DNA of 64,000 nucleotides from the NCBI GenBank assembly GCA_964016885.1, contig OZ024746.1:13888001-13952000 (forward strand), in the 5' to 3' direction. Positions 14,793 through 32,366 of the stretch are shown piece by piece. Under the pieces are notes generated by a model that saw only the letters and a list, made by a program, of their open reading frames with translations, was not told the origin of the DNA and searched no databases. The translations under genes were made by a program, and so were the position numbers. This stretch comes from Eledone cirrhosa. Taxonomy: Eukaryota. The first letter of the stretch is position 1, and every line of letters starts with the position of its first letter.

Positions 14793-15527
14793 TATCATGT
14801 TTCCCTGCTGTATTGTATGTATTTTAGTGTCTACGCCATTTTTATTTTATGTATTTATTTATTTATTTTTGTCCTCGTCTCTGTTTTCTGTTATATATAT
14901 ATATGTATAATATGTATACACGTATTTATATATATTGTATAGAGATTATATTGAAAACACGATAGTTCGCAATTGATCTTTTTATTAAGGACTTTTCATG
15001 TTTCATTTCTTAAACCAAACATAAATAATTTATAGCGATAAAAATTACACTTTGAAATTTCAGTCTTCCATCCGCTTCATAAACTTTGTATTGTTTACAA
15101 TCTAGGTAGTAGCAGCATTAAAACACACAGAAATTGGTAGCTAGTCACTTTAGTGTAATATTAGTTCGTTTCCTCAAGTAATTATCCAATTTTCTGTCTC
15201 AAGGAGTTACAATCACGATTTATTCACAAACATTTTATAGTAGTAATTCATGCATCGTGGTTCTTTGTTCAATAGCAAAAAAGAAAGAAAGAAAGAAAAA
15301 AACAATAACAGATTTTTAAATTTTGGTTTCTCAACAGCTCCATAAACTTTCTATTTATATTATGTATATGTAAAGGTTTTTGAGCCACATATCTGTTACA
15401 AAGAATATAAACGTTGAGTTTCAAATAAAATATTTATGCAGAATTGCGATTATTCGTTTCCAAGTAATTGTTCGCCCCACCAAGCAAATTATCTCTTCCC
15501 CGGATAACGCCGGGCATTAGTTTTAGC

Positions 15528-15557
<30 letters not shown>

Positions 15558-15560
<3 letters not shown>

Positions 15561-15679
15561 GGAAAAGATATGACCCCGACAGCAGAGCTCAAGCCGTTTC
15601 GACGGCTATTTCTAGACTAGTCTAGAATTAGCCGTCGAAACGGCTTGAGCTCTGCCGTCGGGGTCATATCTTTTCCTAT
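15558..15679. repeat. Spacerless palindrome (122 bp, 2 mismatches) containing the 3' half of a hammerhead
   Basis: Centre tctagact|agtctaga; arm reads gccgtc-GAAA-cggc ttgagctct gccg-TC-ggggtc; homologous to 50905-51035. Confidence 0.85.
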
Positions 15680-15756
15680 TACCCACTCTACTACCCTAAG
15701 TATTGATTACTCTGGTGCGTTATGGTCCATCTGGCTCCTTACCACAATTCCTTCGT

Positions 15757-15787
<31 letters not shown>

Positions 15788-16024
15788 ATCATTTATCATT
15801 TATTTTTTATCATTTATTTTGTTTTGACCTGTTTAGCTTGATTTGGTTTTTGGCTTGGGTGGTTAATGCCTTCTTGACCACCTTTTCAGTTGTGTATGGC
15901 TTCTTAACACATTGTTTAGCTCTGGTTTTTAACTATTGAGCACTTTCCAAGTGTCATTTCTGATTTTTGCGTTTCGTTTCGCCTTTCCTGCCCGCCGAAG
16001 TGCGATTCTCGGTGAATCTTTATT

Positions 16025-18960
<2,936 letters not shown>

Positions 18961-19530
18961 AGCCTACTACAGTGGTAGTAGGCTTTTGTCATTTTACCAC
19001 CCCACTCCTTCCGACTAGCCTCAGTGTCACGTGATTGATTCTTTAGAATCTGCCATTTGACCAGAGACAGTGAACTTTTTCAGTGCTTTGGAATTCAGTC
19101 CCCGCTAGCTGTTCCATCCACCGAATTATTATTATTTTTATATGAGTCCTTAGTGTCCGCGCATTGCCTGGAGACTTAGCTGAGAATATATATATATTTA
19201 TAATGTGTGTGTGTATAGGTTCTTTATTGCCATCTCTTCGTTTCTTTCGCAAGGGATAGAAACTGCTGAAAAGACGGACACTAACTACCAATTATATTTT
19301 TAAAAAATAACGTATAATTCTTTTTCACTGAATATTTATTCAAATTTCTGTTCCGTTCTGACTTTAATATTTTAATTTTCGTATACAACATGTTGGTTCC
19401 GCTTCATTTAGCATGAGTTGCACAAAATAATCAGGTTTCATGAAATTAAATTCATGTCACATTTACAGAATGACGTTTATGGGAGGAGTAAAGATGGTGC
19501 GAATCAAGTATATATATATATATATATATA

Positions 19531-19680
19531 TGAAGGCGTGTGGCTGAGTGGTTATATACGTGAAGGCGTGTGGCTGAGTGGTTAGAGAATTGGATTCGCA
19601 ATCGTAAGGTTGTGAGTTCGATTCCTGGACCAGGCGATGCGTTATGTCCTTGAGCAAGACACTTTATTTCACGTTGCTCT
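19531..19680 (+). mobile_element. SINE family B (tRNA head plus CORE-like domain), head duplicated
   Basis: tgaaggcgtgtggctgagtggtta twice, B box gagttcgattcc, then gtccttgagcaagacacttt (CORE-like). Confidence 0.82.
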
Positions 19681-19896
19681 TTCTACCTGGAGTTGCGACC
19701 GATAGATAGTATTAGCAATTGGAAAGACCAACGGAAACATTGTTCCCTCGGTCCGATTTGACGAAAGTCGATCGTTCCTTATATATATATATATATAAGT
19801 GTCCACGTGTATTTTTGTTATTTCAATTCTATACGATGTTTGCTTGCCTGCTTCCATTTCACCCCCGACATTGTAGCAGTGAGATTTACTTTTAGA

Positions 19897-19976
19897 GCAC
19901 TACTGAAGATTGATTCCAAACGTGACTAACCCCACTGAAAAGTTTCGTGAAATAGTCTTTTAAGACTATATAGTGC
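19897..19976 (+). ncRNA. Type I hammerhead ribozyme fold
   Basis: gcacta-CTGAAGA-(long, imperfect stem II)-GAAA-tagtctt tt aagacta-TA-tagtgc: 6-bp stem I, up to 7-bp stem III, AUA site. Confidence 0.75.
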
Positions 19977-20146
19977 ATTTGTAGTTTTCCCAAATTGAAG
20001 GTTAAGTATTTTTTCTTGATTTTATTGAATTAAGATATTATTACTTATCCCATATCTTTCGTTAAAAATGTTTCATCTTGATGTTTATAGTCACTTATAT
20101 GTCTAATTATTGTAGGCTTTTTGCTTACACTAATTTCTCTATTTTC

Positions 20147-20200
<54 letters not shown>

Positions 20201-20288
20201 TACGTTAATTATTTTCCATTTTGACGTTATAGTCTTATATATTATGAAATACTGTTGGCTTCTTGCTCACATTAATTTCTCTATTTTC

Positions 20289-20339
<51 letters not shown>

Positions 20340-20603
20340 CACATACAAGGAGGTAAGTTAATGTGCTTGTTAGTGTATTACTTGTTAGGTAGTCAGAGAT
20401 GTAAGATGGTAAATTCAAATATACTTTACTTAGATTTTTCTCTTCTACACGCGCATATATAAATCTATTTGTTATAATTCGTACACACGATATTACAATG
20501 TCTACAACCAATAGTTTCAGGAAGTAACTAAGCCTGCAGAATTCCAGGCAAATGTATAGTAAAAATTGTGTTAGGCTGAAATTGTGCACAAGCCCAGGGC
20601 GCG

Positions 20604-20729
<126 letters not shown>

Positions 20730-21042
20730 AAAATATAATTATTTCAATCATAAACAGCCCAATACTTCTACGGATTAAAAACCATATTTCACAGAGTTTT
20801 ATTTCTACAAATTATATTTAGGTATATTTAGTATATCAAAACTTAACATTGAAAGCAAAGAATACATTTAAAGGAAACAAATAATTTTACTTACATAATT
20901 GCTTAGAACGCCGTTTCGTATATCTAAGAAAAATATTAATTACCATAATTAAAATGCTTAATTAGTAAAGTAAGATAGTTATTACATATCAGTACGCATA
21001 AGTCTTAGAAATACTTAAGGCGTTGTCAAGAAAATTCAAATA

Positions 21043-21082
<40 letters not shown>

Positions 21083-21642
21083 CAAATACACAAGGGACGG
21101 CGGAACTTGGAGGGAAGCCGGGAGGTTGGGGAGGTTATGTCACCCCCTAATAATGATGTTTTTCTCCCCAAAATAGCAAAACACATCTATTTGTATATGC
21201 GCTACAATTTATATACGTTATGTAGAGACAGATGTGAGAGATATATAAAGAGAGGGGGAGAGTTTGGTGGTAATTGATATAAGGGGGAAGGTTGGGAGAA
21301 TGTGTTGTATATTAGATATAGAGAGGGGTAAAGATTGATGTTTATTGATATAGAGAGAGGAATTTGAAGAGAGTTCCATGTAGTAGATATAGAGAGGGGG
21401 TCTGGAAAAGAGTTCCGTGTAGTAGATATAGAGAGGGGGGAGAGTTTGGTACTAATTGATATAGAGCGTGGGAATGGAAGAGAGTTCTATATAGTAGATA
21501 TATAGAGAGGGAGAGTTTGGTGTTACTTGTTATTGAGAGGGGGATTGGAAGAGAGTTCCGTGTTGTAGATATCAGGCAAGACTGGTGACCATGTGAGTGC
21601 GCAGGTGAAACTTTAGAGTAACAAAGTTCACCAATAGTCTCT

Positions 21643-21673
<31 letters not shown>

Positions 21674-21825
21674 CCCCCCCACACACATATATGCGCATTC
21701 ACAGGACCCCAATCATCCTCTCTATATCAATTAACACCAAACTCTCCTCCTCTCTATATCTACTGAACTCTGCCCTTTCCTTAGGAAAGGGCACAGAGCA
21801 TAATTTTTAAAAAATTATATATATA

Positions 21826-22175
<350 letters not shown>

Positions 22176-22197
22176 ATATCCTATCTATCTATCTATA

Positions 22198-22237
<40 letters not shown>

Positions 22238-23349
22238 CACACACACACTCACACATACATGTATACATAGAGAAATAGAGAGTGCATTGTTTATATATCA
22301 CAACACTAAAAGGTTAGTAAATCTATGAAACTGTGATATCAATGTGTGTCAATAAATTATATATTGGAAATTGAACTTGTACGACAGGGAGTTTTATAAA
22401 CCACCAGTGAAAATATCTCTACTTATTAGTATTCTCTGAAAAGATCACGTAAGAGTGTTTGAGATCGGTAAACAGTCGGTCAAAGTCACAACTTGCTCAA
22501 GGAATTAGCAACAAATAGTTTAAACCTCCAACTGTGCATTGAAGTTATTTCTGGTTCTGAAGTTTAACATTTGGAAACAGTTATTGCTGCAGGCCAAGTT
22601 GTGATTTCAGCAGGATAGGTTGTTAATCGTAAGATACTGAAGTTAGCTGTTAGAGAAGATGCAGTGAAAGAAGCTTTACATGATTGGAATTTAGCCTGGG
22701 GACAATCAATATATAATAATTCTAACGGGAGGTAGCAGAAGGATGCAAGATATCGGAGGTAAAGAGTTTAAATATGAAATGGATTTATCTATGCTTGATT
22801 TTACGGATTTGTTTTTCATTCTAGGAATGGTTAGTGATGGGACGAAGTAGAAACTGATAATTTTCGTATTATAATGGTTGGCAATTACAAGGAATCTTTT
22901 CCTTATTAGAATTACGTATAAGAAGCTGTAAGATAAAAAGATAAAAATGAATTAATATTGTGTACAAAGAATAATAGAGACTTGAGTAGGATTTGTATGT
23001 AAACGAATATGACCATATTATCAGTATATAGTATTAATGTTGATATTTAAATAGTGACTGCAGTCGTTTATATAGATAACTTCGCTTATATATCATATAC
23101 CAGGCTATTGCGAAAGGTCAAATGAAAAATTCCTAATCTTATTCAATATGATCACATTAATGATTATGTCAGTTTATCTTCGAACTGCGTTATCTGAAGC
23201 GACTCATAATATTATTTGGTATTCAAGACCTCCACAAGCAACATAAATGAAGTGAAATGGCTTAAATATGAAATCTAGACAACATTGCAGGATCGGATCG
23301 TCGGTAGCATACTACTTATTCCTTGTTGCAGGCTCGCATCACATTGCTT

Positions 23350-23530
23350 TCTAATTTAGGCACAAAACCACAACATTTTTGGGGAGGGCAAAGTTAAACC
23401 AACCCCAGTACTTGACTTTGTGTTATCGACTCCGGAAGGATGAAAGGCAAAGTTGACCTCGGCGGGATTTGAACTCAGAACGTAAAGAGCTAGAATATAT
23501 AACACAGTAGAATTTTCTCCGACACTCTAC
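23350..23530 (-). mobile_element. SINE family A, diverged copy
   Basis: ggatgaaaggcaaagttgacctcggcgggatttgaactcaga. Confidence 0.8.
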
Positions 23531-23924
23531 CAATATTATAAATTCACCACATCCCCGCCCACATCAGTATTGATTCAATTTTAATTAGCCAAAGTAAAAA
23601 CAATTCATGATTTTTATAGCTGCATATGATGGGTTAAGGGCCGATAAATTGATTAATTCTATCGAGGACCAATTAAATTTGTAATAGGTTTTGTTCACAA
23701 TCAATGTATTTAGGGACTGAAGAGTGAACAAAGATTTTCATTTGGCTACACATGACCTTCTAGTTTCCAATAGAAATCGGTGGATAGATGTAATGTCGTA
23801 TTTGATGGTTTGAGAGTTGGCAGAACAGAGCTTAGAAACAACAGTTTAGGAAGATAACAATGACACATTATATATTTCAAATCTCTATAAACATGATAAA
23901 TTATTAGTCAGAAATCAAAGCACG

Positions 23925-24013
<89 letters not shown>

Positions 24014-24814
24014 ATACACACACACACACACATACACACACACATACACACACAAACACATACCCCCCCCCCACACAGACACACCCACACACATACACAC
24101 ACATAAAATATGCATATCGTGTATCTGATGAGATGTGCGCGTACGTGTGTCTATGTCTGTGATTTATTGAAGAATTTAAGAATACCAATATTATTGTTTT
24201 ACGACTTTACAGTCTTCTTTTATACATAGATCACAAGTTACAAATTAATTTACAATCTTATGGAGTGGATAATGGAGTATACAGTTCACATCTTTCTGAA
24301 AGACATTAATGCTGAAAGTGAATTGAATTGCTTTCAACTTGCTGGGAGCTTTTTGCTTTATGTTGTTCGTCTAATGTCTGATATATTGATATCTTGTATA
24401 GGAACTAGGTTAATTATTGTAGAGTAAAAGCCAGGAAATTAGCAGAGTCATTAGAGCGTCTGTTAAGCTGCTTTGTGATATTTGTTCCAGCTCTCTGCGA
24501 TGAATCAACTTTGTTTTTCATCCCTCCGAGGTCATTAAATTAAGTACTAATCCAGAGCAGTTGTTTAACAGAATTGTTAGAACGTCAGGCAAGACGCCTT
24601 GTGATATCTGTTCGGAGAGGGAAAGGGAGGCTTTGTTTTCTGAGTTGAAACTCTTCATCTTATTGGAGTCAATCTTGTCAATAATAAGGTTATTGTATAA
24701 TATAATTTAAAGCATTTAGACGAACCTTCTATTGCCTCTCTCACCCCGCCATATATATTCAAACGAAATCCTGAATAGAATCCAAATAAAAGCATCATAA
24801 ATCATTAAGGATAG

Positions 24815-25005
24815 TAATTGTTTCTATTTTAGGCACAAGGCCAGCAAATTACTCAGTACATTACTGGTACTTTATTTTATCGACCCCGTAATGATGAAAG
24901 GCAAAGTCAACCTCGGCGGGATTTGAACTCAGACTGACAAGGGCCGTAACTCTATACGTAAAAGCATGGCGTCCGACCCTCTACCGATACTGCCAATCCA
25001 CCGCC
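24815..25005 (-). mobile_element. SINE family A, full length
   Basis: Reverse complement of the 11541 copy. Confidence 0.9.
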
Positions 25006-25051
25006 CTATCAGGATAGTAATAATGTATACATATATGTGTATATTTATATG

Positions 25052-25340
25052 TGAAGGCGCATGTCCCTGTTGTTAGGATGTTCAACTCACGATCATAAGA
25101 TAATGAGTTCGATTCTCGGCGGCGACTTGGCGTCTTTTAGCAAGACACTTTATTTCATGTTACTCCAGTACCCTCTGTTGAAAAAAAAAAAAAAAAATAC
25201 AAAAAAATTCAAAGAGCCAGCCTTGTCACACACTGAATCTTCCTGAGAATTACGTTAAGGATGCATGTGTGTGTGTTAATTCCAGAAGCCAGTTGTTCCA
25301 TTGAACAAACAACTAGAACACACGTAGTCATAACCGAGGG
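25052..25340 (+). mobile_element. SINE family B, diverged
   Basis: tgaaggcgca...gagttcgattc...agcaagacactttatttcatgttactccag. Confidence 0.7.
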
Positions 25341-25354
25341 AAGTCAACAGAGAA

Positions 25355-25508
25355 CTGTTTCTACTTTAGGCACAAGGCCAGCAAATACCCAGTGTATTAC
25401 TGGTACTTTATTTTATCGACCCCGTAAGGATGAAAGGCAAAGTTAACCTCGGCGGGATTTGAACTCAGATCGTAAAGGGACTGACCCTCTACCGATACTG
25501 CCAATCCA
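25355..25508 (-). mobile_element. SINE family A with internal deletion
   Basis: Shared core and head in reverse orientation. Confidence 0.85.
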
Positions 25509-25644
25509 TAACGGCCAACAGTACCAACCAGACGACGAAAGTTGTCTAACCCCCCCCACCTTCATGGTGGACAGGTCAGTCTCTCCTGAATTCTCAAACT
25601 GAATGACTTGCTAAGTAATACTCTTGGTAATTGGAGTTATGAAG

Positions 25645-25748
25645 ACACTACTACTACTACTACTACTGATGCTACTACTGCTTCTGTTGCTGCTACTGCT
25701 ACTACTACTACTACTACTACTGCTGCTGTTGCTACTGCTACTACCACC

Positions 25749-25825
<77 letters not shown>

Positions 25826-25907
25826 CACTACTGCAGCCACCACCACTACGACGACGACGACAACGACGACGACCACCACCACTACTACCACGACGACGAC
25901 GACGACG

Positions 25908-25971
<64 letters not shown>

Positions 25972-26245
25972 GCTATGCTAACAGTTGTAATAGTTATGGT
26001 AAAAATGGCGCTCGTGTGTTTGTCACAATAACAGCAGTTACAGCATCGTAAATAATAGTGATGGCAGTAATAATGGTAGAAGTAGTAGTAGTAATAGTAG
26101 AGTTAGTAGTAGTAGTAGTACTAGTGGTAGTAGTAGTAATAGTAGAGGTAGTAGTGGTAGTAGTAGTAGCAGTAATAGTAGAGTTAGTAGTAGTAATATT
26201 AGCAGAGGTAGTAGTAATAGTAGTAGTGGTAGTAGTAGTAGTTGC
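25645..26245. repeat. (CTA/CCA/CGA)n tract followed by a degenerate (GTA)n tract
   Basis: Seen directly; source of the poly-T/L/V ORFs. Confidence 0.9.
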
Positions 26246-27461
26246 TGTTGTTATTTGTGAAGTGGATAGAAGAGAAAGGAAAAAAAAAGAGAAAGAATGG
26301 GAAGGGGAGCAAAGAGAGTCTGAGCTGGGATTAAAATATGTGTAAAGCTGGGCCCCAGAAATAGTATTAAGTCTGTCTACACCACTTTATGTTGTTTGTT
26401 CGCTCAGCCAAATTAATGTAAATTTCTTCAAACCTCTCACGTTCTTCAATATGTCAGTTCTTTCAATTTGTTGTGTGGAATAACTCGGTGGATAATAGGG
26501 AAGTAATAACAACAACACAGTAGCATCCTTTAATTTCATTTCCATTCCTAGCTGAAGTCATCTCATTTCATAAAAGCTAAAAATAAAATAAAAAAAATGA
26601 ATCTATCTACATATGTATACTCAAATGTATACTAATTGCTCCATTGAATCAAGGCAGGATTTATAATCATTTTAGAACTTGACGTAATGTCGATGTAAAT
26701 ATCTCATCAAAGATAAGTGAAATCTACTTGTATTGTCGTTGAGTATTCAAAACTATAGAGCCAGATATACAATATTAAACAATGAAAGAATGAAACAAGC
26801 TGAAAAAGTTAATTAATCCATTGTTATTTATGTATCTTTGTTTTTCTGTTTGTGAATTTGTTTCTTGCTCTCATCTTTTGTCTTTCTCTTATACTAGTGT
26901 AATGGCTATCATACGACATCGAATTAAAATATGCCAAGACAAAAATTTTGATGAAGGTTAAAACAAATTTTCAGCCAACAACAATTTATTGCTGGTAACT
27001 GACAAATATAGAGTAACCGAGACAATGATATGATATATATTCTCAGTTTCACTTCACTTACGCTACTAATGATATTAAGAAATCTATGTATAGCATATTT
27101 GATAATATCCACGTCTCAATATTCCATTCTTCAATTTTCCAAGTTAGGTGCCTGTTTAAATGAAGGGGATGCAAGAAATTCGCTTCACAACTCCGTGGCT
27201 TCGGGTTCAATTTTACTCAGCGCTACTTTTGGGAAGTGTCTTATATTATAGCCTTGGATCAATCACAAACATGGGAGGGATATTTGGTTAATGGAAATTG
27301 CATTGGAAGTTTGACAAGTGATAGTTCCAATTTGAGTAGTAGAATTAACAGGTCTCCTGGCATAAGATCACTGTATGAAATTTATGTGTATTTAGTCTTG
27401 GAGGTTTTTGAAAATGGTCATAGGCGCTGGCCTTCATCATCTGGTGACTAAGTCATTAAAG

Positions 27462-27555
<94 letters not shown>

Positions 27556-27724
27556 TTGTCGTTTTGGAAGCCTCTATAATGCAGATGGGCAAATCTCCGG
27601 ATAACAAACTCAGGTGGAAGAAGGAAGAGAAATGTAGAAAGAAGATGGTTACCTTAAGGTTCATAGTCTAGACCGCAACACAGCTTCGATTCTTGGTTGA
27701 TGTTTGTTTACGTCATTTACATTA

Positions 27725-27780
27725 CAATATCTCTATGCGTGCCTACTTCGACACTGAAGTAGGCACGCATAGAGATATTG
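27725..27780. repeat. Perfect 25-bp hairpin with a 6-nt loop
   Basis: caatatctctatgcgtgcctacttc-gacact-gaagtaggcacgcatagagatattg. Confidence 0.9.
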
Positions 27781-28423
27781 AAGGCTTTTTAGATTGTGAA
27801 TTGGAAGAAAGATAGATTAATGTCACACAGTGTTTGGTTTTGTTCTTCAGTGAGGGGGTCGACAATTTAATTACCAGTAATATAATATCTTCAATTTAGT
27901 CGACTCTACCCCAATTCGTCGCCATCAATTGGCTTCTCACTAAGTAAAACATTAATATTGAAGGCATTAGATATGAGTGTGAGAGAGATTAGTAGAAAGA
28001 GTGGATGGTAGAGGAAAGAAAATATGGTGGAAGATAGCTGAAGTGAAAGGGAAGCAAAGAGTGTGAGAAAGTGGAAAAATGGTAGAAGTAAAAGTAGACA
28101 AGAGGTAGAGTGTAAACTGATGTACTAGATGGAAAACAAGAGATAGGAGGGATGAGATGAATAAAATGAATGAATAATGTAGAAAAGGAATGAAGATATA
28201 GAAAGAAGGGAAGATATATGGAGGAGAGAGGATGAAGTAATAGGTAAAGGGAGGAATGAAACATTGAGCAAGAAACTGGCAGAAAGAGAAGGAATATACT
28301 GAGGAGGAGAGCAAGAAACAGGAAACACGATAGAGGAATGGTGAGATCAAAAAGAAAAGATAAGGAATATAAAAAAAAAGAGAAAGGAATATAGAAATTA
28401 AAAAAGTAAAGAGAGAGAGAGAG

Positions 28424-28501
<78 letters not shown>

Positions 28502-28700
28502 TGTATGTGTGTGTGTGCGAGAGATAAAACAGGAGATGAAATAAATACTTCTAACAAAGAATTTAATTATTGAAAAAAATACAATCAATTCCGGGTTAAA
28601 GTGTTTGGAAATACTTAGACAAAAGTCTGAGTTCTTTGATTAACAATAACACTCGCAAACAAAACTAAACGTAATTATGAACACACACACAGACACAGAT

Positions 28701-28864
<164 letters not shown>

Positions 28865-29571
28865 ACATAAGTATATATTTTAGGCGTCGAATTGGCAAAT
28901 ATGTTAGAGCTTCGGATTAAAAGCATTGTAGTATTTGTTCCAGTTATCTGCTCTCTGATTTACAATCCCACCAAAATAATTGATTCATTTTTTCAGTGAT
29001 CGATAAATAAAGAACCCGTTTAGGGCGGAATTGTTAGAATGTCGTACATGATGTCTTGCTAAATGTCTTTCAGATTTTGTCATGTTGAATTCCTCTGCTA
29101 AGTACCAATTCCTTGGTACTTAGTTGTATTTCCCTTTACCTTAACTGTGGACAACCATCGGTGTGAGAGTGTCTTTAATAAAAAATGGAAATTTAATAGA
29201 GTTTATAACTCAGAGAGACACTTTCCACGTGAAAATCCTTGATCTAACATTGGCACAAACCCAGAAATTTGGTGGAAAGTGTAAGTCGATCATACCGACT
29301 CCAGTACTTAAATCGTACTTTCCTATATCGACCAAGGAAGATTGAAAGGTATACTTGATCTCGGTGGCATTTGAACTAAATGCCACGAAACGTTTCATCC
29401 CAAGTTCTACCAATTTTGCCAATCCACCAGCTTACACAGTGCTAATAGTGCAAATAATATATCGTATAGACGAATGAATAACAAGACAGTATAAATATGT
29501 AATAGAAACAACATAATGAAAAGAAGTCTATCACTGCAGACTTTCTGTTTTGATATTTATCTACTCTAATT

Positions 29572-29729
29572 AATTGTCTCTACTTTAGGCACAAGGCCAG
29601 CAAATACCCAGTGCATTACTGGTACTTTATTTTATCGACCCCGTAAGGATGAAAGGCAAAGTCAACCTCGGCGGGATTTGAACTTAGATCGTAAAGGGAC
29701 GTAACTATGCTGGAAAGCATGGCGTCCGA
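29572..29729 (-). mobile_element. SINE family A
   Basis: Shared core in reverse orientation. Confidence 0.88.
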
Positions 29730-30272
29730 TAACAAAAGAACATTTCGACGACGGAATTCACAATATAATTATTAAGTACTCTAGAAAATCACTGAATATA
29801 GTTATTATGTACTCTAGAAATTAGAAATGTTATTCTGAAAGAAAGTTATGTAACCTTCGAAAAATTAAACAAACACCTCATTAACGTTAAGGGTATAAGA
29901 ATAAATATCAATAAAATAGTTTGACAAAAACATCCCCACGGTAAATTTATTAAGTAAACAATTTCATGTTCACAAAAGTTGAGAAGTCTGAAAGGTAGAT
30001 ATTGTTTTTTTGTTAAAAATAACCTACGTAGCAAGTTTGAAGAAGTATAAATCTAAATGATGATTACCTAGGTATGCGTTTAAAAAGTAGAAACCGAACG
30101 TTCTGTCATTCAGGTACTTCCATCTTAAGATATATATTAAGCTAAAATAATATTATGCAGCACATTATTTCATTTGTGAAATAACAACCCAACCAGGAAC
30201 TGGGCATATCAGAGTATTGACAAAGTTAAACACCTCAACAACATGTGTACTCGTCTCTACCACACTAATTAG

Positions 30273-30346
30273 GACTTCCTGAAGAGGTCACAGCCAAAGA
30301 TGGCTGTCACCGAAATATATATAATATAGCAGTAATAAACGAAGCC
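30273..30346 (+). ncRNA. Hammerhead-like motif (core and stem II intact, stems I/III uncertain)
   Basis: CTGAAGA-ggt c acagcca aaga tggctgt c acc-GAAA-TATATA-TA; no clean adjacent stem I. Confidence 0.48.
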
Positions 30347-30540
30347 AAATTTTAAATATTTGACTTATTTATATTAGTTTATTTTACATTACTCCGGAGT
30401 AACCAAACCAGCCTGCGCACTTCGTCGAGTGCTCCAATCTGCATACTGAGGTGTTGGTATACAACCAATATATACTCAAAATTTATATATATATATATAT
30501 ATATGATAAAGAACACAAGAGCATCAAAAGATTTTTATTG

Positions 30541-30585
30541 GCTTACAATGTTTCTTCCTTACGTAACCGTAGGATTCGTCAGAGC
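30541..30585 (-). ncRNA. Minimal type I hammerhead ribozyme fold
   Basis: Minus: gct-CTGACGA-a tcctacg gtta cgtaagga a-GAAA-C ATT G-TA-agc; in a TA-flanked island; same layout as 1258-1304. Confidence 0.72.
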
Positions 30586-31287
30586 TATAAAAGGGGTTTG
30601 ATTGGTGTTATGGACTCTACCAACCAAACATTCAATATATATATATATATATAAATTCAGCGAGAACCGTATTTCGGCGGGTAGAAATAAGCGAAATAAA
30701 CGCAATTTCCGAGTTATTCTGGCAAGCGCTCCAGGGACCAAAATAGACGAGAGCAATATACATAGGTTATAAAGGCCATACAAATTGAGACGGCGGTTAA
30801 GAAGCTATCAACCACCTAAGCCCAAAAAAACGAGGCAAGCTAAACGGGTCAAGCAAAATAAATGAAATATTCACCCGGATCCCAGGAAATGATGGTATAA
30901 TCCAGTACAGGGTTTCTGCGACACCTAAATCAATAATACTGTCTGCTTAAAATAATAGGCTTTTGGTATAGTGATCGAACAAGGCTGTCACTTTCTCAAC
31001 AGGAATTTTGTTCTGCGCCAGCGTACAGAGTACACAGTGTTTTGTAGTAGTGAATGCACGTGCGTAACTCTACAAGGGAGAAAACCCCAGATTTTGGCAA
31101 ATGAATTCAGAATCTGTAAATCAATGCAAAAATTGCAAAAACAGCACAAATCGAATTAAGCTCTCGACCGAGTAGTTTTTAAAATAAACTTAAGCAAGTA
31201 ATCAGTCAATAGAAATATCTAAAAAAAATTAACTGGTTAATTGTTAGACTCTGGAGATTAATACAATATATATATATACACATTAAT

Positions 31288-31440
<153 letters not shown>

Positions 31441-31790
31441 AATGAGGTGCTTGTTTTATTTTTCGATGGTTATATTATAACTTTCTTTCCGAATAACGTT
31501 TCTAATTTCTAGAGTACCTAATAACTATATTCAGTGATTTTCTAGAGTACTTAAAATGTGTGTGTCGTTGCTGGACCTACGTCGCTTCCAAAGACTTGTG
31601 CTCCAGTTGATTTAAGCAACGGAACTGCCAGCTCATGAAATTAACGTGTAAGTGGCTGAGCATTCTACCCACACCTACACCCTTGATATAGTTCTCAGGG
31701 AGATTCAGTGTAACACTGTAACACTATATATATATATGAATATCAATTATGTCATTTTTGTCATTCTCTGTCACCCCGAACATGTGTTTT

Positions 31791-32366
31791 ATGTATGTAC
31801 CCTGTAGACACCCTCCCTTCACTGGTATGTATGTACCCTGCAGACACCCTCCCCTCACTGGTATATATGTACCCTGTAGACACCCTCCCGTCACTGGTAT
31901 GTATGTACCCTGTAGACACCTTCCCCTCGCTGGTATGTATGTACCCTGTAGACACCCTCCCCTCGCTGGTATGTATGTACCCTGTAGACACCCTCCCCTC
32001 ACTGGTATGTATGTACCCTGTAGACACCCTCCCCTCACTGGTATGTATGTACCCTGTAGACACCCTCCCCTCGCTGGTATGTATGTACCCTGTAGACACC
32101 CTCCCGTCGCTGGTATGTATGTACCCTGTAGACACCCTCCCCTCGCTGGTATGTATGTACACTGTAGACACCCTCCCCTCACTGGTATGTATGTACCCTG
32201 TAGACACCCTCCCCTCACTGGTATGTATGTACCCTGTAGACACCCTCCCGTCGCTGGTATGTATGTACCCTGTAGACACCTTCCCCTCGCTGGTATGTAT
32301 GTACCCTGTAGACACCCTCCCCTCGCTGGTATGTATGTACCCTGTAGACACCCTCCCCTCACTGGT
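31791..32366. repeat. 36-bp minisatellite, 16 copies
   Basis: Unit atgtatgtaccctgtagacaccctcccctc(a/g)ctggt. Confidence 0.96.

Noticed and set aside
27967-28588. 196- and 199-aa hydrophobic ORFs
   Set aside because: Antisense of a purine-rich low-complexity tract, open in several frames, with no recognisable domain.
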